From positions 416,001 through 480,000 of the forward strand of contig CAVSGM010000011.1 in assembly GCA_963727485.1 (NCBI GenBank): a stretch of DNA of 64,000 nucleotides. The letters are read 5' to 3'. A program made the position numbers and the translations under genes. Within the stretch, counting starts at the first letter, position 1, and every line of letters starts with the position of its first letter. Under the pieces are notes generated by a model, which saw only the letters and a list, made by a program, of their open reading frames with translations, was not told the DNA's origin and made no database searches. The stretch comes from an uncultured delta proteobacterium. Lineage in GTDB: Bacteria; Myxococcota; Myxococcia; SLRQ01. This document shows, piece after piece, positions 1 through 10,118 of the stretch.

Positions 1-516
1 GAGGTGGGCCAGGCCCGTGGCCCCCTCGAGGGTGGGGGAGGGGCGGTCGTTGCGCGGGTCGTCCAGGGGGCGGGACCGGGTGGCCGGGGCCACCGCCGAG
101 GCGCCGTAGGGCTCGACCTTGCGGTCGACGAGCTTGACCCCGAGGACCTTGCGCGTGGGCTTGCCTGCGGCGGCGGCGGCTCCGGCGGCGGCGGAGGGGC
201 TGGCCGCGGGCGGGCTGCCGGCGGCGGGCGCCGTGGGCGAGGTGCCGGCGCCGGGCGCGGTGTTCGCCGGGGGCGCGGCGCCGGTGGGGGCGGGCGTGGC
301 GACCGGCGGCGCCGGCGTGGGCGGCGGCGGCTCCTTCTTGGTCTGCTTCTTCTCGGGCTTCTTCTCGGGCTTCGCCTCGGGCTTCGCCTCGGGCTTGGGC
401 GCCGGCTTCCCCTGGTCGAAGGGGACGAAGTCCTGGGCCCGGGCAGGGCCCGCTCCGGCGGCCAGCGCCAGGACCGCCGCCGTGGCGAGCGCTCGGGCGC
501 AGGTGCGTCGCTTCAT
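1..516 (-). CDS. Secreted Pro/Ala/Lys-rich protein; 3' end runs off the left edge of the window
   Basis: Not in the ORF track; read manually. ATG at 516 follows GGGAG. Translation MKRRTCARALATAAVLALAAGAGPARA|QDFVPFDQGKPAPKPEAKPEAKPEKKPEKK... shows a signal peptide, KPE(A/K) repeats and a Pro/Ala linker. The frame stays open to position 1. Confidence 0.7.
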   Translation of the reverse strand, partial: MKRRTCARALATAAVLALAAGAGPARAQDFVPFDQGKPAPKPEAKPEAKPEKKPEKKQTKKEPPPPTPAPPVATPAPTGAAPPANTAPGAGTSPTAPAAGSPPAASPSAAAGAAAAAGKPTRKVLGVKLVDRKVEPYGASAVAPATRSRPLDDPRNDRPSPTLEGATGLAHL

Positions 517-539
517 GACAATCTCCCCATGGGCGGACG

Positions 540-545
540 ATTATA
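540..545 (-). promoter_or_regulatory. Putative -10 box (TATAAT) for the left-edge gene
   Basis: Perfect TATAAT on the minus strand about 24 nt upstream of the ATG at 516, in otherwise very GC-rich DNA; no clear -35. Confidence 0.35.
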
Positions 546-722
546 GAGGGATCGTCGCCGGAGATCGCGTTTGCAGACCAGGCAAGGCGCGTCACGATAG
601 CGAGGGACCCCCGGGCTCACTATCATGGCGCCCGGTGATCGCGCGGGTGACATCGCCTGGCGGGAAGGGCGCGGGCAGGGTGGGCGGGGGGCCGCCGGGG
701 GACCGGTGCACGCGGGGCCGCG

Positions 723-3700
723 GTGGCTGAGACCGGCGAAAGCGACACCCGGCGGCGCCGGTACCTGCACCGGGCGGGCCGGGTGGCCCTGGGGCTCCTG
801 GGCCTCGGCGTGGCCCTGGTGGTCGTCGCCGGGGTCGGGGCGAGGCTCTACCTCACCGGCCCCCGGGCCCGGGACCTGGCCGTCTCCATCCTCGACCGCA
901 CCCTCGCCGGTCGCTTCCACCTGGGCCGCTTCACCTGGGCGGGCTTCCCGGGCGCCGTGGTCCTGGACGACGTGGCCGTGGACGCCCCGGACGGCACCCG
1001 GGTGATCACCGCCGCGCGGGTGGCGGCGCGGATCGAGCTCACCGGTCTCCTCGGCCGGCAGGTCCACCTCACCCGGGTGTCGGTGACGGGCCTCGACGTC
1101 AACGCCGACACCGGCCCCCAGGGGATGGGCCTCGCCGCCGCCTTCGGGCCCAAGGCCCCGCGGGCGGCCAAACCGAAGCCCGCCGCCCCCGGGCGGTCGT
1201 GGACCGTGCGCCTCGACGACCTCGCGGCCACCGGGGTCCACTTCGCCCTGCACGCCAAGGACTACGCGGTGGAGGTCACCGGCGCCAGCGTGCACCAGGG
1301 GAGCCTGACCCTGGCGCTGCCCGCCGTGCGGAGCACCCTCGGCGAGGTGAAGGTGGACGCGGTGGACGTCACCTGGCACGGGCGGCCCCTCCGGATCACC
1401 GCCCTCCACCTCCTGGGGGGCCAGTACCGGCGCAGCGGCCCGCCGAAGCAGGGATCCTTCGCGGTGAGGTCCCTCACCGCCGCGATGGGCCGGTCCACGG
1501 TGCGCCTGGCGGGGACGGTGTCGGACCTGGTGAGGGGCCGGCCCTGGAAGCTCGGGCTCTCCGCCGACGCCCAGGTCGAGCTGGCGTCCAAGAGCCTCCA
1601 GGCCTTCGTCCCGAAGGCGGTGGTCCGCCGCCTCGATCCCTCCGGGCGCCTGGCGGTGAAGGCCACCCTCGGGGGCACCCTGGCCGCGCCGCTCATCCGG
1701 GGCGCGGTGAGCGGCACCGGCCTCCAGGTCGCGGGCCGGGCCCTCCAGTCCCTCGCCCTCGCCGGGACCCTCGAGGGTGGGGTGGTCACCGTGGACCGCC
1801 TGGACCTCGCCGCGGGCGGGGGCCGGCTCTCGGCGAGCGGCCGCCTCGGCCTCGCCGATCGCCGGCCCCCCTGGCGTCTGGCGGCGACCCTCTCGCACCT
1901 GCCCCTCCGCCGCCTCGCCTCGGCCTTCGTGGAACGCAGGTGGCTCCCCCGGTCGGTGAGCGGACGCCTCGCGGCGAAGGGCACCGGCCTCACCACGCCC
2001 CGGGGGACCGTCGAGGTCCACCTCACCGCCGCCGGACGTCCCGCCGGCCTGCCGGCACCGGTCCCCGACGCCCTCGCCCTCGACGCCCGCGCCCAGGTGA
2101 CCCGCGCCGCCGCCCACCTCACCGAGCTCCACCTCACCGGCGACGGGGTCGCCGTCGACGCCAGCGGCACCGTGCCCTTCACCCGGGGCGGCCAGATCAA
2201 TCTCACCGCGAGCCTCGACGACCCCCGTCCCCGGGTCCTCACCGGTTACCTCCACCTGCCCCTGCGCGCCGACCGCACCCGGCTCATCGCCACCGCCAGC
2301 GGCACCTTCGACGCGCCGGTGGTCCGGGGAAGCCTCACCGTCGACGCCCTCCGGGGGCCCCACGTCCCGCCGTTCACCGTCTCGGCGCCCTTCCGCCTCG
2401 AGGGCGGCGCCCTCCACCTCACCGGGGCGCTGGCCAGCGGCGCCGGGGGCCAGGTCTCGGTGGACGGGCGGCTGGCGGTGATGGCCCCGGCCCGTGCCCC
2501 CGGGGGCTCGCCGGCGGTCGCCGCGCGCCTCCACGTCGACGGCGTCTCCCTGGCGCCCTTCACCCGGCGCCGGGTCCAGGGCCGGGCCTGGGCGGACCTG
2601 ACGGTGACGGGCACCCTCGCGGCGCCCCTGGGCGGCGGCCAGGCCCGGGTCGAGGGCCTGAAGGTCGGCGGCGAGCCCTTCTCCCAGGCCCGCGCCACCC
2701 TCGCCCTCGACGGGCGCACCGTCGCCGTGAAGGACCTGTCCCTGGTCTCGGCGACCGCCGGGCGCGTCACCGGGACGGCCACCCTCGCCCTGGCCAACCG
2801 GCACCTGGTGGCCCACCTCACCGGCCACGACGTCGATCTCGCGCGCGTCCTCGCCGCCGCCGGGGTCGAGACCCCCGTCGCCGGGGTGGTGCAGGTGGAG
2901 GCCTGGGCCACCGGCGAGGTCACCGACCCCCTGGTCCAGGCGGCGGTGCAGGCCAAGGGCCTCTCGCTGCGGAAGACGCCGCTGGGGGACCTGGTGGCGT
3001 GGATCCGGGGCACCCTGGCGTCGCTCCAGGTGAACGCCACCCTCGACGGGCCCCCCGGGCACCTCGACGTCGACGGGCTCTACAGCGTCCGCGAGGAGAC
3101 CCTGGACCTGCACCTCGGCGGCGAGGAGCTCTCCCTGGGCGCCCTGCCGGGCCTCGCCCCCACCGCGGCCGAGGCCCTCCCCAGCGTCGACGGCCGCGCC
3201 GGGGTGGACGTGGAGCTCAAGGGGGCCCTGCCGCTCCCCGCGGCCACCGGCGAGGTGACCGTCACCGGCCTCGTGCTCCGGGGCCGACCGATCCCCGGGG
3301 GCACCGCGCACCTCACCCTCTCTCCCGAGCCCGACGGCGCCGGGATCCACGTCGTGGTCTCGGCCCTCGGGGCGCTCACGGGCACCGCCGATCTCCGCCC
3401 GGGTCCCCCGCTGACGGTCACCGCCGAGGCGACCCTCGAGGGCCTGGAGGTGGCCCGGCTCGTCCCCTCGCTGTCGGAGTTCCACGCCGGGCTGGTGACC
3501 TCGGGGACCGGGTCCTTCCGGTGGGTGCAGGGGCAGGCGGGCGGGACCTCGGCGAAGGTGCGCCTCACCCGCCTCGACGCCAACCTCCCCGACGGCACCC
3601 TCTCGGCCGCGCAGCCGGTGATCGCCGACTGGGACGGGCGGACCTTCACCCTCGAGCAGCTGGTCCTCGCCGGGCCGAAGGGCCGGTTCACCGCCCAGGG

Positions 3701-5099
3701 GAAGGTCGGACGCACGGTGCTCCAGGCCACCGCCAAGGGCCGCCTGGAGACGGCGCTGGCCGCGCCCTTCGTCTCCGCCATCGCCCGGGCCACCGGGCCC
3801 CTGGACGTGGACCTGACGGCCTCGGGGACCCCGCGCCATCCCATCCTCCAGGGCACCGTCGACCTCCCGGCGACGGTGCAAATCCGGCCCCGGGCCGGGG
3901 TCCGGGAGGTGAAGCTCACCAGCGGACGCATCGCCTTCTCGCCGGGGCAGGTGCGCTTGGAGAAGCTCACCGGCGAGATCGAGACCGGCCAGTTCACCGC
4001 CGACGGCCAGGTGGCCCTCGACGGCCTGGAGCCCGGCCACTACCACCTCACGGTCAACGGCCAGAACCTGCCCCTGCGCGCCTCGGATCTGGTGCTCGAG
4101 GCCAACACCAATCTCACCCTCGACGGCAAGGGCCTGGCGGCGTCGGTGACCGGCCGGGTGGACGTGGTCCGGGGCCGGTACCTGCGCAAGTTCGAGCTGA
4201 AGAACTTCATCTTCGTGGCCCGGCCCACCACCGTGGCCGAGCCCCTGGCGCGGCGCTACCCCTGGCTCAACGACATCACCCTCGGGGTCCAGGCCACCAG
4301 CACCGGGGGGATGGAGGTGAAGGTCGACGCCGGGGCGTTCGCCACCGATCTCACCCTCGACAGCGACCTCCAAATCACCGGCACCGCCGCCGACCCGGTG
4401 ATCGAGGGCCGGGTCTCCGCGGACCACGGCAACATCACCTTCCCCAAGGCCAAGCTCGACGTGGTCCGGGCGGTGGTCGAGTTCAACCCCACCGCCGGCG
4501 CCGGGGTGCACCCGGAGGTCGACCTCCGGGCCGAGGGCGAGGTGAACCCGCCGCCCACCGGCTCGGACATGGTCCAGGTCACCCACTACGTGACCTTGAC
4601 CCTCCAGGGGAACCTGGATCAGATGGTCCTCGACCTGTCCTCGGATCCGGCCCTCGACAAGCTCGAGGTCCTCTCCCTGCTCATCACCGGCCGGGTGAAC
4701 CCCATCACCCCGGGGGCCTCGGGGAACACCAGCGAGGCCGACGCGGCCCTGGCCTTCGCCGGCTCCCAGCTCGCCCAGCCCCTCACCCAGTTCGTCACCG
4801 CCCAGCTCGAGAAGACCCTGAACCTCCGCCTCCAGCTCGGCGCCGAGGTGACCACCCAGGCCATCACCGTCACCGCGGGCCAGGCCATCACCCGGCGACT
4901 GCGCCTCGAGGGCGCCTACCAGCAGAGCCTGGGCGAGGCCCAGACGGTGGCGGTGGCCCGGGCGCGCTTCCTCCTCTCGGACCGGATCTTCCTCGAGGGC
5001 TCCACCGAGTCGGTCTCCGGCGCGGGCACCACCGCCTCGGCGCTCCAGGAGGGGACCCGGAGCCGCCTCGAGCTCAAGCTGCGGATCTTCGGAAACTAG
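723..5099 (+). CDS. tamB: Translocation/assembly module TamB-like (AsmA/DUF490) protein, 1458 aa
   Basis: N-terminal membrane anchor, a long amphipathic beta-strand-rich body, and a C-terminal DUF490-like region (DLQITGTAADPVIEG, LSSDPALDKLEVLSLLITG). Lies directly upstream of an Omp85 gene. Confidence 0.8.
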   Translation: MAETGESDTRRRRYLHRAGRVALGLLGLGVALVVVAGVGARLYLTGPRARDLAVSILDRTLAGRFHLGRFTWAGFPGAVVLDDVAVDAPDGTRVITAARVAARIELTGLLGRQVHLTRVSVTGLDVNADTGPQGMGLAAAFGPKAPRAAKPKPAAPGRSWTVRLDDLAATGVHFALHAKDYAVEVTGASVHQGSLTLALPAVRSTLGEVKVDAVDVTWHGRPLRITALHLLGGQYRRSGPPKQGSFAVRSLTAAMGRSTVRLAGTVSDLVRGRPWKLGLSADAQVELASKSLQAFVPKAVVRRLDPSGRLAVKATLGGTLAAPLIRGAVSGTGLQVAGRALQSLALAGTLEGGVVTVDRLDLAAGGGRLSASGRLGLADRRPPWRLAATLSHLPLRRLASAFVERRWLPRSVSGRLAAKGTGLTTPRGTVEVHLTAAGRPAGLPAPVPDALALDARAQVTRAAAHLTELHLTGDGVAVDASGTVPFTRGGQINLTASLDDPRPRVLTGYLHLPLRADRTRLIATASGTFDAPVVRGSLTVDALRGPHVPPFTVSAPFRLEGGALHLTGALASGAGGQVSVDGRLAVMAPARAPGGSPAVAARLHVDGVSLAPFTRRRVQGRAWADLTVTGTLAAPLGGGQARVEGLKVGGEPFSQARATLALDGRTVAVKDLSLVSATAGRVTGTATLALANRHLVAHLTGHDVDLARVLAAAGVETPVAGVVQVEAWATGEVTDPLVQAAVQAKGLSLRKTPLGDLVAWIRGTLASLQVNATLDGPPGHLDVDGLYSVREETLDLHLGGEELSLGALPGLAPTAAEALPSVDGRAGVDVELKGALPLPAATGEVTVTGLVLRGRPIPGGTAHLTLSPEPDGAGIHVVVSALGALTGTADLRPGPPLTVTAEATLEGLEVARLVPSLSEFHAGLVTSGTGSFRWVQGQAGGTSAKVRLTRLDANLPDGTLSAAQPVIADWDGRTFTLEQLVLAGPKGRFTAQGKVGRTVLQATAKGRLETALAAPFVSAIARATGPLDVDLTASGTPRHPILQGTVDLPATVQIRPRAGVREVKLTSGRIAFSPGQVRLEKLTGEIETGQFTADGQVALDGLEPGHYHLTVNGQNLPLRASDLVLEANTNLTLDGKGLAASVTGRVDVVRGRYLRKFELKNFIFVARPTTVAEPLARRYPWLNDITLGVQATSTGGMEVKVDAGAFATDLTLDSDLQITGTAADPVIEGRVSADHGNITFPKAKLDVVRAVVEFNPTAGAGVHPEVDLRAEGEVNPPPTGSDMVQVTHYVTLTLQGNLDQMVLDLSSDPALDKLEVLSLLITGRVNPITPGASGNTSEADAALAFAGSQLAQPLTQFVTAQLEKTLNLRLQLGAEVTTQAITVTAGQAITRRLRLEGAYQQSLGEAQTVAVARARFLLSDRIFLEGSTESVSGAGTTASALQEGTRSRLELKLRIFGN

Positions 5100-5103
5100 A
5101 GCC

Positions 5104-8067
5104 ATGCGCGTCCCGGTCCTCGCCCTCGTCCTCGCCCTCGCCCTCCCGGGGGTGGCGCGCGCCCAGGCGGCCGCGAAGGGCGCCCGAGACCCGGGGGCGG
5201 CGCCCTCGAGCCGCTGCGAGCGGGTGACCCTCCAGGGCGTCACCGTGACCCTCACCCTCGACGGCCTGAAGTGGGGCGGGTGGAACCGGCTCTGCGACAC
5301 CCTGGTGCGCTTCCTGCGCCCCGGCGCGGTGCCCCTGCCCGCGAACGCCACCAAGGTCGCCGAGCGCCTCCTCGGCGAGACCGGCTACTTCGCCACCGAG
5401 GACTGCCAATCGGCCGCCACCTCGCTCACCTGCCGCCTCACCCCCCAGCGGATGGTCTACGACGTCGACATCACCGGCGACGTCCCCTTCTCCATCCTCA
5501 AGGACGACCTGCGCCGGCGCATCTTCCTCCGCCCCGGCTCCCTGCTCACCGACGAGGCCGCGACCCTGGCGCGCCAGCGCAAGCGCCTCGAGGACTACCT
5601 GCGCCGCCAGGGCTACTTCGGGTCCGTGGTCCACCTCGCCGCCCTCGACGTGGACGAGGCCGAGCCCAACCAGGGGGTGCGCCTGGTGGCGGCGGTGCGC
5701 CCCGGGCGGACGGTGTCGCTCCGGCACCTGGACCTCCGGGGCCGCCTCCCGCCGAAGTTCACGGAGAAGGACGTGCGGGCGGTGTTCACCCACTTCCTCT
5801 TCCTCAAGTGGGGGCGCCAGCGCTTCCAGCCCGCCCAGTTCGACGACGACCTCCAGGCCCTCACCCGGCGCCTCCAGGCGCTCGGCTACCCCGAGGCCCA
5901 GGCCACCGGGAAGTGGAACCTCGACCTCGCCCACCACCAGGCCGACGTGGTGCTCCGGATCGAGACCGGTCCCAAGCTGGTGCTGCGCTTCGAGGGCAAC
6001 ACCCACCTCAAGAGCGCGGCCCTGAAGAAGCTCGCCTCCTTCGACGAGGTGGGGGTCATCGACCCGGTGGAGATCGCCAGCACCGCCAAGGCCGTCGTGA
6101 CCCGCTACCAGCAGGACGGCTACTACGCGGTGAAGGTCGACACCCGGAGCGAGACCCCCTCGGAGAACGTCTTCGACCTCACCTACGTGATCCACGAGGG
6201 GCCCCGGGCCTCGGTGGGCAAGGTGGTCTTCCAGGGCAACCAGGCCATCCCCACCGCCACCCTCCGGCGGAGCGTCAGCCTTCACACCCGGGCGGACGCC
6301 TTCCTGGTCACCGGTCGGTGGGTCGACGCGGCGGCGGTGGCGGACAGCCGGGCGATCCAGGCCTACTACCTGACTCAGGGCTACGGCGACGCCAAGGTCG
6401 AGGCCACGCGCACGGTGCTCGGCGAGGGGCGCCTGGAGGCGGTGTTCCACATCGAGGAGGGCCCCCGCCGGGTGGTCTCGAGCCTCACGGTCACGGGGCT
6501 GCCCAAGGCGCTGAAGGAGAAGGCGCTCCTGGCGAAGCTGCGGCTGAAGGCCCGCGGGCCCTTCATCGAGGACGACGTGGCCGCGGACCGCCGGCGGATC
6601 CTCGCGCTCCTCGCCGGCGCCGGGTACTCGCGGTCCGAGGTCCATCAGACGGTGGAGGCGCCCCCGGCGGCGAAGGGCGGGCCGGTGAAGGTGGTGTTCA
6701 CCGTGACCCCCGGGCCCCAGTCGATCTTCGGCGGGGCGCTGCTCCGGGGGAACTTTCGCACCGTGGGCAGCCTGCTGCACAACGAGCTCTCCCTGGAGCC
6801 CGGCGACGCCCTCAACCTCGTGGCCCTCGGCCAGGCGCGCCGGCGCCTGCGCAACCTCGGGCCCTTCGCCTCGGTGGAGCTCAAGCCCCTCGACCTGTGG
6901 CGGGGCGACGCCCAGACCTGGCTGCTGGTGGCCCTCCAGGAGCGCGACGTCACCGCCCTCGACGGGGTGCTCTCCTTCAGCACCGATCAGGGCTTCGCGG
7001 TGGGCTTCGACTACCACGACCGGGACTTCCTCGGCCGGGCCATCCGCCTCGACCTCCAGCTGCGCACCGGGGCCTTCGGGGGCTTCGACCCGGCGGTGCG
7101 CATCGGCAACGCCGACTCCCTGAACGCGACCCTCTCGGCGCCCCGCCCCCTGGGCGCGCCCTTCGACCTCCAGGCCACCGCCTTCTATCGCTACCAGGAC
7201 CTGTCGCGGTACACCGAGCGGCGGGTGGGCATCACCGCCGGCGCCGTGCGCCGGTTCCTCCGGCGCAGCGCCTGCCCCATCTGTCCGGACGCCACCGGCA
7301 CCTTCCGCTACGAGGTCAGCGCCGGGGAGCTCGACGACCACACCCGGCGCTTCGTCGCCTTCGACCACTCCTACGGGGTGCCGGCGGCGAACATCGGCCG
7401 GCTGGTCCCGGGCCTCCACCTCGACCGCCGGGACTCCTTCGTCGATCCCCGCCACGGCTACGCCGCCGACCTGCGCTTCGAGTTCGCCGACACCGCGCTC
7501 TCGCCCATCGGCAAGGGGGCCAGCTTCTGGCGGATCGTCGCCTCGGGGCAGGGCTACGTCGACCTCGGCGCGCCCTTCGCCCGGCGCCTCAACGAGGCGG
7601 GGATGACCCTCGGGGGACCGGTGGTGCTCGCCACCGGGCTCTCCTACGGCGCCGCCCGGCCCTTCGGCGGCGACCGGGCGCTGCCCGAGAGCGAGTCCTT
7701 CTACTACGGCGGCGACTTCAGCGTCCGGGGCATCGCCGACCGGGCGTCGCTCGCCGCCTTCCCCGGGGCCCAGTACCTCTTCGTGGGCAGCCTCGAGGCC
7801 CGCTGGTACTTCCTCCAGAACTTCTACTTCGGGAGCTGGCAGCTCGCCCTCTTCGCCAATCTGGGGACCGTCGCCTACAACTTCCCCGAGCTCTTCCAGT
7901 CGTCGACCTTGAGCCTCGGGGTGTCCCTGCGCTTCGTCACCCCCGTGGGCCCCATCGCCGTGAGCTGGGCCGACTCGGTGATCCGGCCCGAGGCGATCCT
8001 CCTCCAGTCGCCCCAGTCCCTGCCGGTGGCCGGTCGGATCCACGTGACCTTCGGCTACCCGTTCTAG
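5104..8067 (+). CDS. Omp85-family (BamA/TamA-like) outer-membrane protein with multiple POTRA domains
   Basis: Signal peptide; repeated POTRA patterns (Y-x3-GY, FEGNTHL, FQGNQAI); barrel motifs FYYGGDFSVRG and TPVGPI; C-terminal aromatic signature VTFGYPF. Confidence 0.85.
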   Translation: MRVPVLALVLALALPGVARAQAAAKGARDPGAAPSSRCERVTLQGVTVTLTLDGLKWGGWNRLCDTLVRFLRPGAVPLPANATKVAERLLGETGYFATEDCQSAATSLTCRLTPQRMVYDVDITGDVPFSILKDDLRRRIFLRPGSLLTDEAATLARQRKRLEDYLRRQGYFGSVVHLAALDVDEAEPNQGVRLVAAVRPGRTVSLRHLDLRGRLPPKFTEKDVRAVFTHFLFLKWGRQRFQPAQFDDDLQALTRRLQALGYPEAQATGKWNLDLAHHQADVVLRIETGPKLVLRFEGNTHLKSAALKKLASFDEVGVIDPVEIASTAKAVVTRYQQDGYYAVKVDTRSETPSENVFDLTYVIHEGPRASVGKVVFQGNQAIPTATLRRSVSLHTRADAFLVTGRWVDAAAVADSRAIQAYYLTQGYGDAKVEATRTVLGEGRLEAVFHIEEGPRRVVSSLTVTGLPKALKEKALLAKLRLKARGPFIEDDVAADRRRILALLAGAGYSRSEVHQTVEAPPAAKGGPVKVVFTVTPGPQSIFGGALLRGNFRTVGSLLHNELSLEPGDALNLVALGQARRRLRNLGPFASVELKPLDLWRGDAQTWLLVALQERDVTALDGVLSFSTDQGFAVGFDYHDRDFLGRAIRLDLQLRTGAFGGFDPAVRIGNADSLNATLSAPRPLGAPFDLQATAFYRYQDLSRYTERRVGITAGAVRRFLRRSACPICPDATGTFRYEVSAGELDDHTRRFVAFDHSYGVPAANIGRLVPGLHLDRRDSFVDPRHGYAADLRFEFADTALSPIGKGASFWRIVASGQGYVDLGAPFARRLNEAGMTLGGPVVLATGLSYGAARPFGGDRALPESESFYYGGDFSVRGIADRASLAAFPGAQYLFVGSLEARWYFLQNFYFGSWQLALFANLGTVAYNFPELFQSSTLSLGVSLRFVTPVGPIAVSWADSVIRPEAILLQSPQSLPVAGRIHVTFGYPF

Positions 8068-8153
8068 GGGACGCTCCGGGGGCCGCCCGGCGCCGACGGA
8101 GGGCTTTTCCGGGGCAGTCAGGGGCGGGCAATCCGTGGTTCAATGGGCGGACC

Positions 8154-10016
8154 ATGGCTCGCCGCGTCCTCGTCCTCTCGGCGCTCGTCCCCCTCGTCCT
8201 CGGCGGCGGGTGCGCCGCCCACGCCGCCTCCGCCGGGGCGCCGGTGGACCGGGCGGCCATCGCCGAGGCGGTCGCCGCCTCCAAGACCCCGCCGATCCCC
8301 TACGCCTCCGCCGGGGCCTACCACCACTACATCCTCGGGCTCCTCGCCGCCCGGGCCGGAGACGACGCCCGGGCCGAGACCGAGCTCACCGAGGCCCGGC
8401 TCGAGGACCCCTCGGCCACCGCGGTGGCGGTCCGCCTCGCCCGGACCCAGTGGGCGCTCGGGCGCCACGCCCAGGCCCGCAGGACCCTCAAGGCCGCCCT
8501 GGCCCACGACCCGGACTACGCCGAGGGCCAGCGCCTCCTCGGGCGCTTCGCCGCCCGGGACGGCCAGGTGGGCACCGCCACCGCCGCCCTCGAGCGCGCC
8601 ATCACCCTCGACCCCGGCGACCCGCGTCCCTACCAGGACCTCGCGGGCCTCGACCTCGAGCAGGGGCACCTGAAGGCCGCCCGGAAGGTCCTCCGGCGCC
8701 TCGGCCACCTGAAGCCCGGCGACGGCCGGCCCTGGGTCTCCCTGGGCGACGCCTTCCGGGCCCGGGGCGAGGACCCGGACGCCGAGGACGCCTACCGCTA
8801 CGCCCTCCGGGAGAACGGCTCGGACCCGGTGGCCTGGGAGCACCTGGGCGACGTCTGCGAGGCCCTGGGGAGGCACGCCTGCGCCATCGAGGCGTTCCAC
8901 TCGGTCCTGGAGCTCATCCCCGATCGCCCCGAGGTGCGGGTGCGCCTGGCCCGGGCCCTGGGGGCGACCGGCGACGCCCGGGGCGCCCGGGCCCAGGAGC
9001 GACAGGCCATCAAGCTCGCCCCCGACAGTGGCCTCGTCCGCGTCGAGTGCGCCCTGGCCGACTACGGCCGCGGGGAGGTGGCGCTGGCCCTCTCGCGCCT
9101 CGACGCCGCGGTGGCCCTCGACCCGGGCCTCGCCCGGGCCCGGTTCTACCGGGGCTTCATCCTCGAGCACCAGGGCCGGGACGCCGACGCCGAGGCCGCC
9201 TACCGCAGCCTCGCCCCCGGCGACACCGACTACGCCCGGGCGCGCCTGCGCCTCGGCGAGCTCCTCGACCGCCAGGGCCACCCCGCCGCGGCGGTGGAGA
9301 TCCTCCGGCCGCTGACCGGTGACAGCGACCTCGACCCGGGGGATCTCCAGGGCGCCCTCGCCGAGGCCGAGCGCCACGCGGGCCACCTCGCCGCGGCCTT
9401 CGCGGACCTCGACGCCGCCCGGAAGGCCCACCCCGGTGACCCGGGCCTGGTCGAGGCCGAGGCGGCGCTCCACGAGGAGACGGGGCACCCCGAGGCGGGC
9501 GTGGCCCTGCTCCAGCAGGCCCTCGGCACCCGCCCCCGGGACATCCGCCTCCTCTACGACCTCGGCGCCCTCCTCGAGCGCAGCGGCCACCCCCGGCAGG
9601 CCCAGGACGCGATGCAGCGGATCCTGGCGATCAAGCCCGACGACGTCGCCGCCCTCAACTTCATCGGCTACGCCCTCGCCGAGACGGGCACCCACCTCGA
9701 CGAGGCCGAGCGCCTGATCCGCCGGGCCCTGAAGGTCGATCCCCACGACGGCCTGGTGGTCGACTCCCTGGGCTACGTGCTCCTCCGGAGCGGCCAGGTG
9801 AAGGCGGCGCTGGCCACCTTCGAGGAGGCCGACCGCCTCACGCCCGGCGAGCCGGTGATCCTCGAGCACCTCGGCGACGCCTACGCCCGCCAGGGGGCGC
9901 GTCGCCAGGCCGACCGCCTCTACCGGAAGGCCCTCCACGCCCTGGGGACCAGCCCCGACCCCGAGGTCCGGGCCACGGTCCTCCAGAAGCTCGGGGCCCT
10001 GCGCAGCGCCCGGTAG
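8154..10016 (+). CDS. TPR-repeat lipoprotein
   Basis: ATG at 8154 lies inside the track ORF 5271..10016. Lipobox-like LGGGC, many TPR helices, and a C-terminal ALNFIGY...DSLGYV...ILEHLGDAY motif typical of periplasmic TPR proteins. Confidence 0.8.
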   Translation: MARRVLVLSALVPLVLGGGCAAHAASAGAPVDRAAIAEAVAASKTPPIPYASAGAYHHYILGLLAARAGDDARAETELTEARLEDPSATAVAVRLARTQWALGRHAQARRTLKAALAHDPDYAEGQRLLGRFAARDGQVGTATAALERAITLDPGDPRPYQDLAGLDLEQGHLKAARKVLRRLGHLKPGDGRPWVSLGDAFRARGEDPDAEDAYRYALRENGSDPVAWEHLGDVCEALGRHACAIEAFHSVLELIPDRPEVRVRLARALGATGDARGARAQERQAIKLAPDSGLVRVECALADYGRGEVALALSRLDAAVALDPGLARARFYRGFILEHQGRDADAEAAYRSLAPGDTDYARARLRLGELLDRQGHPAAAVEILRPLTGDSDLDPGDLQGALAEAERHAGHLAAAFADLDAARKAHPGDPGLVEAEAALHEETGHPEAGVALLQQALGTRPRDIRLLYDLGALLERSGHPRQAQDAMQRILAIKPDDVAALNFIGYALAETGTHLDEAERLIRRALKVDPHDGLVVDSLGYVLLRSGQVKAALATFEEADRLTPGEPVILEHLGDAYARQGARRQADRLYRKALHALGTSPDPEVRATVLQKLGALRSAR

Positions 10017-10077
10017 GGGCGCCCTCCCCGGGGCGCGCCCGGCGCCGGACCCGGGGCCGAGGGGGGCATCGGTTGCC

Positions 10078-10107
10078 TTGACGGCCTCGGCAGGCGCCCC
10101 CTATCTT
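10078..10107 (+). promoter_or_regulatory. Putative sigma70 promoter for the hydrolase gene
   Basis: TTGACG-18 nt-TATCTT, 11 nt before the ATG at 10119. Confidence 0.4.
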
Positions 10108-10118
10108 CGCCCGATCCC

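Noticed and set aside
513..8043. Long minus-strand ORFs (513..5354, 5074..8043) and Arg/Pro/Gly-rich alternate-frame ORFs throughout the window
   Set aside because: They overlap well-supported genes and have the composition of GC-rich off-frame translations.
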